In this document: piece by piece, positions 62,822 through 64,000 of the stretch
Layout of the letters: each line of letters begins with the position of its first letter
Position numbering within the stretch: the first letter of the stretch is position 1
Assembly: GCA_963709635.1 (NCBI GenBank)
Contig: CAVPXA010000025.1
Location: 26,686-90,685 of the forward strand
Direction: 5' to 3'
DNA length: 64,000 nt
Origin: an uncultured Thermoleophilia bacterium
Lineage (GTDB): Bacteria; Actinomycetota; Thermoleophilia; UBA2241
Program-made: the position numbers and the translations under genes
Notes under the pieces: model-generated
The model's database searches: none
Told to the model about the DNA's origin: nothing
What the model saw: only the letters and a program-made list of their open reading frames with translations

Positions 62822-63038
62822 CAGACCGACCCGGCCCCGGGAAGTGGCCGGCCCGCCGCGGGGGCTGGGCCGGTCACGTCCCGGGGCCGTTTCGCGCTCC
62901 GGGGTCTCCGGGTCGCTCGGGCTCGCCCCGGCGCACCCGGCTCGCCCGTCGCGACCCCCCGATGGTAAGGTGGACCGGCGCGGAGACCGGCAGCGCCGCC
63001 GCGCCGTCAACGATCCCGACCCCCAGGAGCATCCGCGC

Positions 63039-64000
63039 ATGTGCGGCATCTTCGGCTTTGCAGGCTCACCCGACCGGCAGCTTCTCGGGCGCATGGCCGC
63101 CGCCATCGTGCATCGTGGGCCCGACGACGCGGGAGCCTTCGAGACCCCGTCCGTCAGCCTCGGCCACCGCCGTCTGAGCATCATCGACCGAGAGGGCGGC
63201 CACCAGCCCGTCGCCAACGAGGACGAGACCGTCTGGCTCGTCTACAACGGCGAGGTCTACAACTACCGCGAGCTGCGCGCCGAGCTCGAGGCCGCCGGCC
63301 ACACGTTCCGCACGCACTGCGACTCCGAGGTCATCGTCCACGCCTACGAGGAGTGGGGAGCGGCCTGCGCCGCGCGCTTCAACGGTATGTGGGCGTTCGC
63401 CGTCGCCGACCTGCGCGGCGCCGGGGAGGACGGGCGCGGCGGCAAGCTCGTGCTGAACCGCGACCACTTCGGCATCAAGCCTCTCTACTACGCGCGTTCG
63501 CCGCAGACCGGCCGGCTGCTCTTCGCCAGCGAGATCAAGGCGCTGCTGCAGGATCCCGAGCTGGTCGCCGAGCCAGACGAGCAGATGGTCTTCGAGTACC
63601 TGCAGCACGGGTTCCACGACCACCGCGCCGAGACGTTCTTCACGGGCGTCTACCACGTGCCGGCGGCCACCTGGATCGAGCTGCCGCTGGACGGGCCGTC
63701 GCCGGCGAAGCCGCTCCGGCGCCCGGCATGCTGGCCGCCCCGCTCGAGAGCACCCCGTACTGGACACCGGTGCTCTCGCGCGACGGCGGCGACGACCCGG
63801 CCGACTTCCGGCGCCGCTTCCGCGAGAGCGTCGAGCGGCGCCTCGTCTGCGAGGTCCCCGTCGGCTCCTGCCTCTCCGGCGGTCTGGACTCGACGACGAT
63901 CATCAGCTTCATGAGCGAACTGCTCAAGGAGGACGTGCCGGACGCGGCGTCGCTGCGCGGCCAGCTCAAGACCTTCAGCGCCGTGTTCGACGGCGACCCC
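63039..64000 (+). CDS. asnB: asparagine synthase (glutamine-hydrolysing), 5' part (frameshift near 63710; continues past window end)
   Basis: MCGIFGF N-terminal nucleophile. Gln-amidotransferase class II domain. After a frame change, the synthetase motif SGGLDSTTIISFMSELL. Confidence 0.85.

Overview
This is a 64 kb, very high-GC (about 70%) chromosomal segment with actinobacterial-style gene organisation (GTG/TTG starts, GTGA/ATGA coupled overlaps); Rubrobacteria/Thermoleophilia-like is only a guess. Content is mostly core genes: selenocysteine machinery (selA partial, selB, and a tRNA-Sec 20 kb downstream), glycine-cleavage P-protein subunits gcvPA/gcvPB, a complete but unusually arranged kdp K+-uptake locus, the rpmH-rnpA-yidD-yidC-jag cluster, ychF, rlmN, nfo and asnB (3' partial). 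There is also a dense set of c-di-GMP signalling proteins, including one roughly 1,780-aa HTH/GAF-array/HD-GYP/GGDEF protein. The most notable structure is a canonical tRNA-Sec followed 2.1 kb downstream by a degenerate second copy that has lost its D-stem; the pair brackets a secreted FG-GAP/B-repeat tandem-repeat protein gene, the signature of a selC-targeted insertion. Caveat: about 35 conserved genes carry single-base frameshifts. Of the ~10 junctions resolved, most are best explained by one extra/missing base at a G/C homopolymer; a few resolved only as 1-nt indels of a specific base (jag, a missing t; rpmH... i.e. the PAS-GGDEF 3' end, unlocated) or not at all (gcvPB). This looks like uncorrected sequencing error rather than pseudogenisation. 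Gene ends are therefore given as reconstructed across the frame breaks. No CRISPR array, rRNA, selenoprotein gene or SECIS element was found.
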